Shown one piece after another: positions 63,986 to 64,000 of a DNA stretch of 64,000 bases. A program made the translations under genes and the position numbers. The DNA is taken from the NCBI GenBank assembly GCA_902761275.1, contig CACWJS010000016.1, positions 1,581 through 65,580 of the forward strand. The letters are read 5' to 3'. Within the stretch, counting starts at the first letter, position 1; each line of letters begins with the position of its first letter. Source of the stretch: an uncultured bacterium. GTDB lineage: Bacteria > Verrucomicrobiota > Kiritimatiellia > RFP12 > UBA1067. Below the pieces are notes generated by a model. It made no database searches and was not told the origin of the DNA. It saw nothing but the letters and a program-made list of their open reading frames with translations.

Positions 63986-64000
63986 GCGCGAACCGACTTC

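Overview
GC-rich, densely coding 64-kb chromosomal window from a diderm bacterium. The many prepilin-type proteins, TPR/LRR lipoproteins and a CAZyme/sugar-acid island fit a PVC-type organism, but taxonomy cannot be fixed from sequence alone. I call about 56 CDS, most on the minus strand, and 5 tRNAs. Main content: a complete trp operon (trpE-trpGD-trpC-trpB-trpA-trpF) preceded by a WWW leader-peptide attenuator; a tRNA-Gly/Leu/Ser cluster running into comEB-tpiA; ruvA-valS; a xylR-like/enolase-superfamily/GH10/SDR/MFS/RraA-like sugar-acid island; argG-grpE-dnaJ-tRNA-Leu; a divergent T2SS/T4P-like locus with a giant E5-less pseudopilin; panC, dprA, tRNA-Glu; an envelope operon (BamD-like, LptE-like, RAM domain, TPR); a 2008-aa alpha-2-macroglobulin; a polyamine operon (rubrerythrin, arginine decarboxylase, speE, speB) interrupted by a four-helix-bundle gene; an acyl-CoA synthetase with an XRE-cupin regulator; a DUF4011-type SF1 helicase-nuclease; and glycan/lipid export genes. 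No transposase, integrase, phage gene or CRISPR array was seen. Three things stand out: (1) a mosaic family of 7-8 bp short-period repeat arrays at gene boundaries, strand-asymmetric for stop codons, bracketing single genes as inverted arrays and embedded in-frame in valS, the A2M gene and an MFS gene; (2) near-invariant TGGTATAAT extended -10 boxes, many only 6-9 nt from the start codon, implying leaderless mRNAs; (3) the ribosome-mediated trp attenuator and a terminator-containing leader before the XRE-cupin regulator. All calls rest on reading the sequence and the ORF track; no database search was run.
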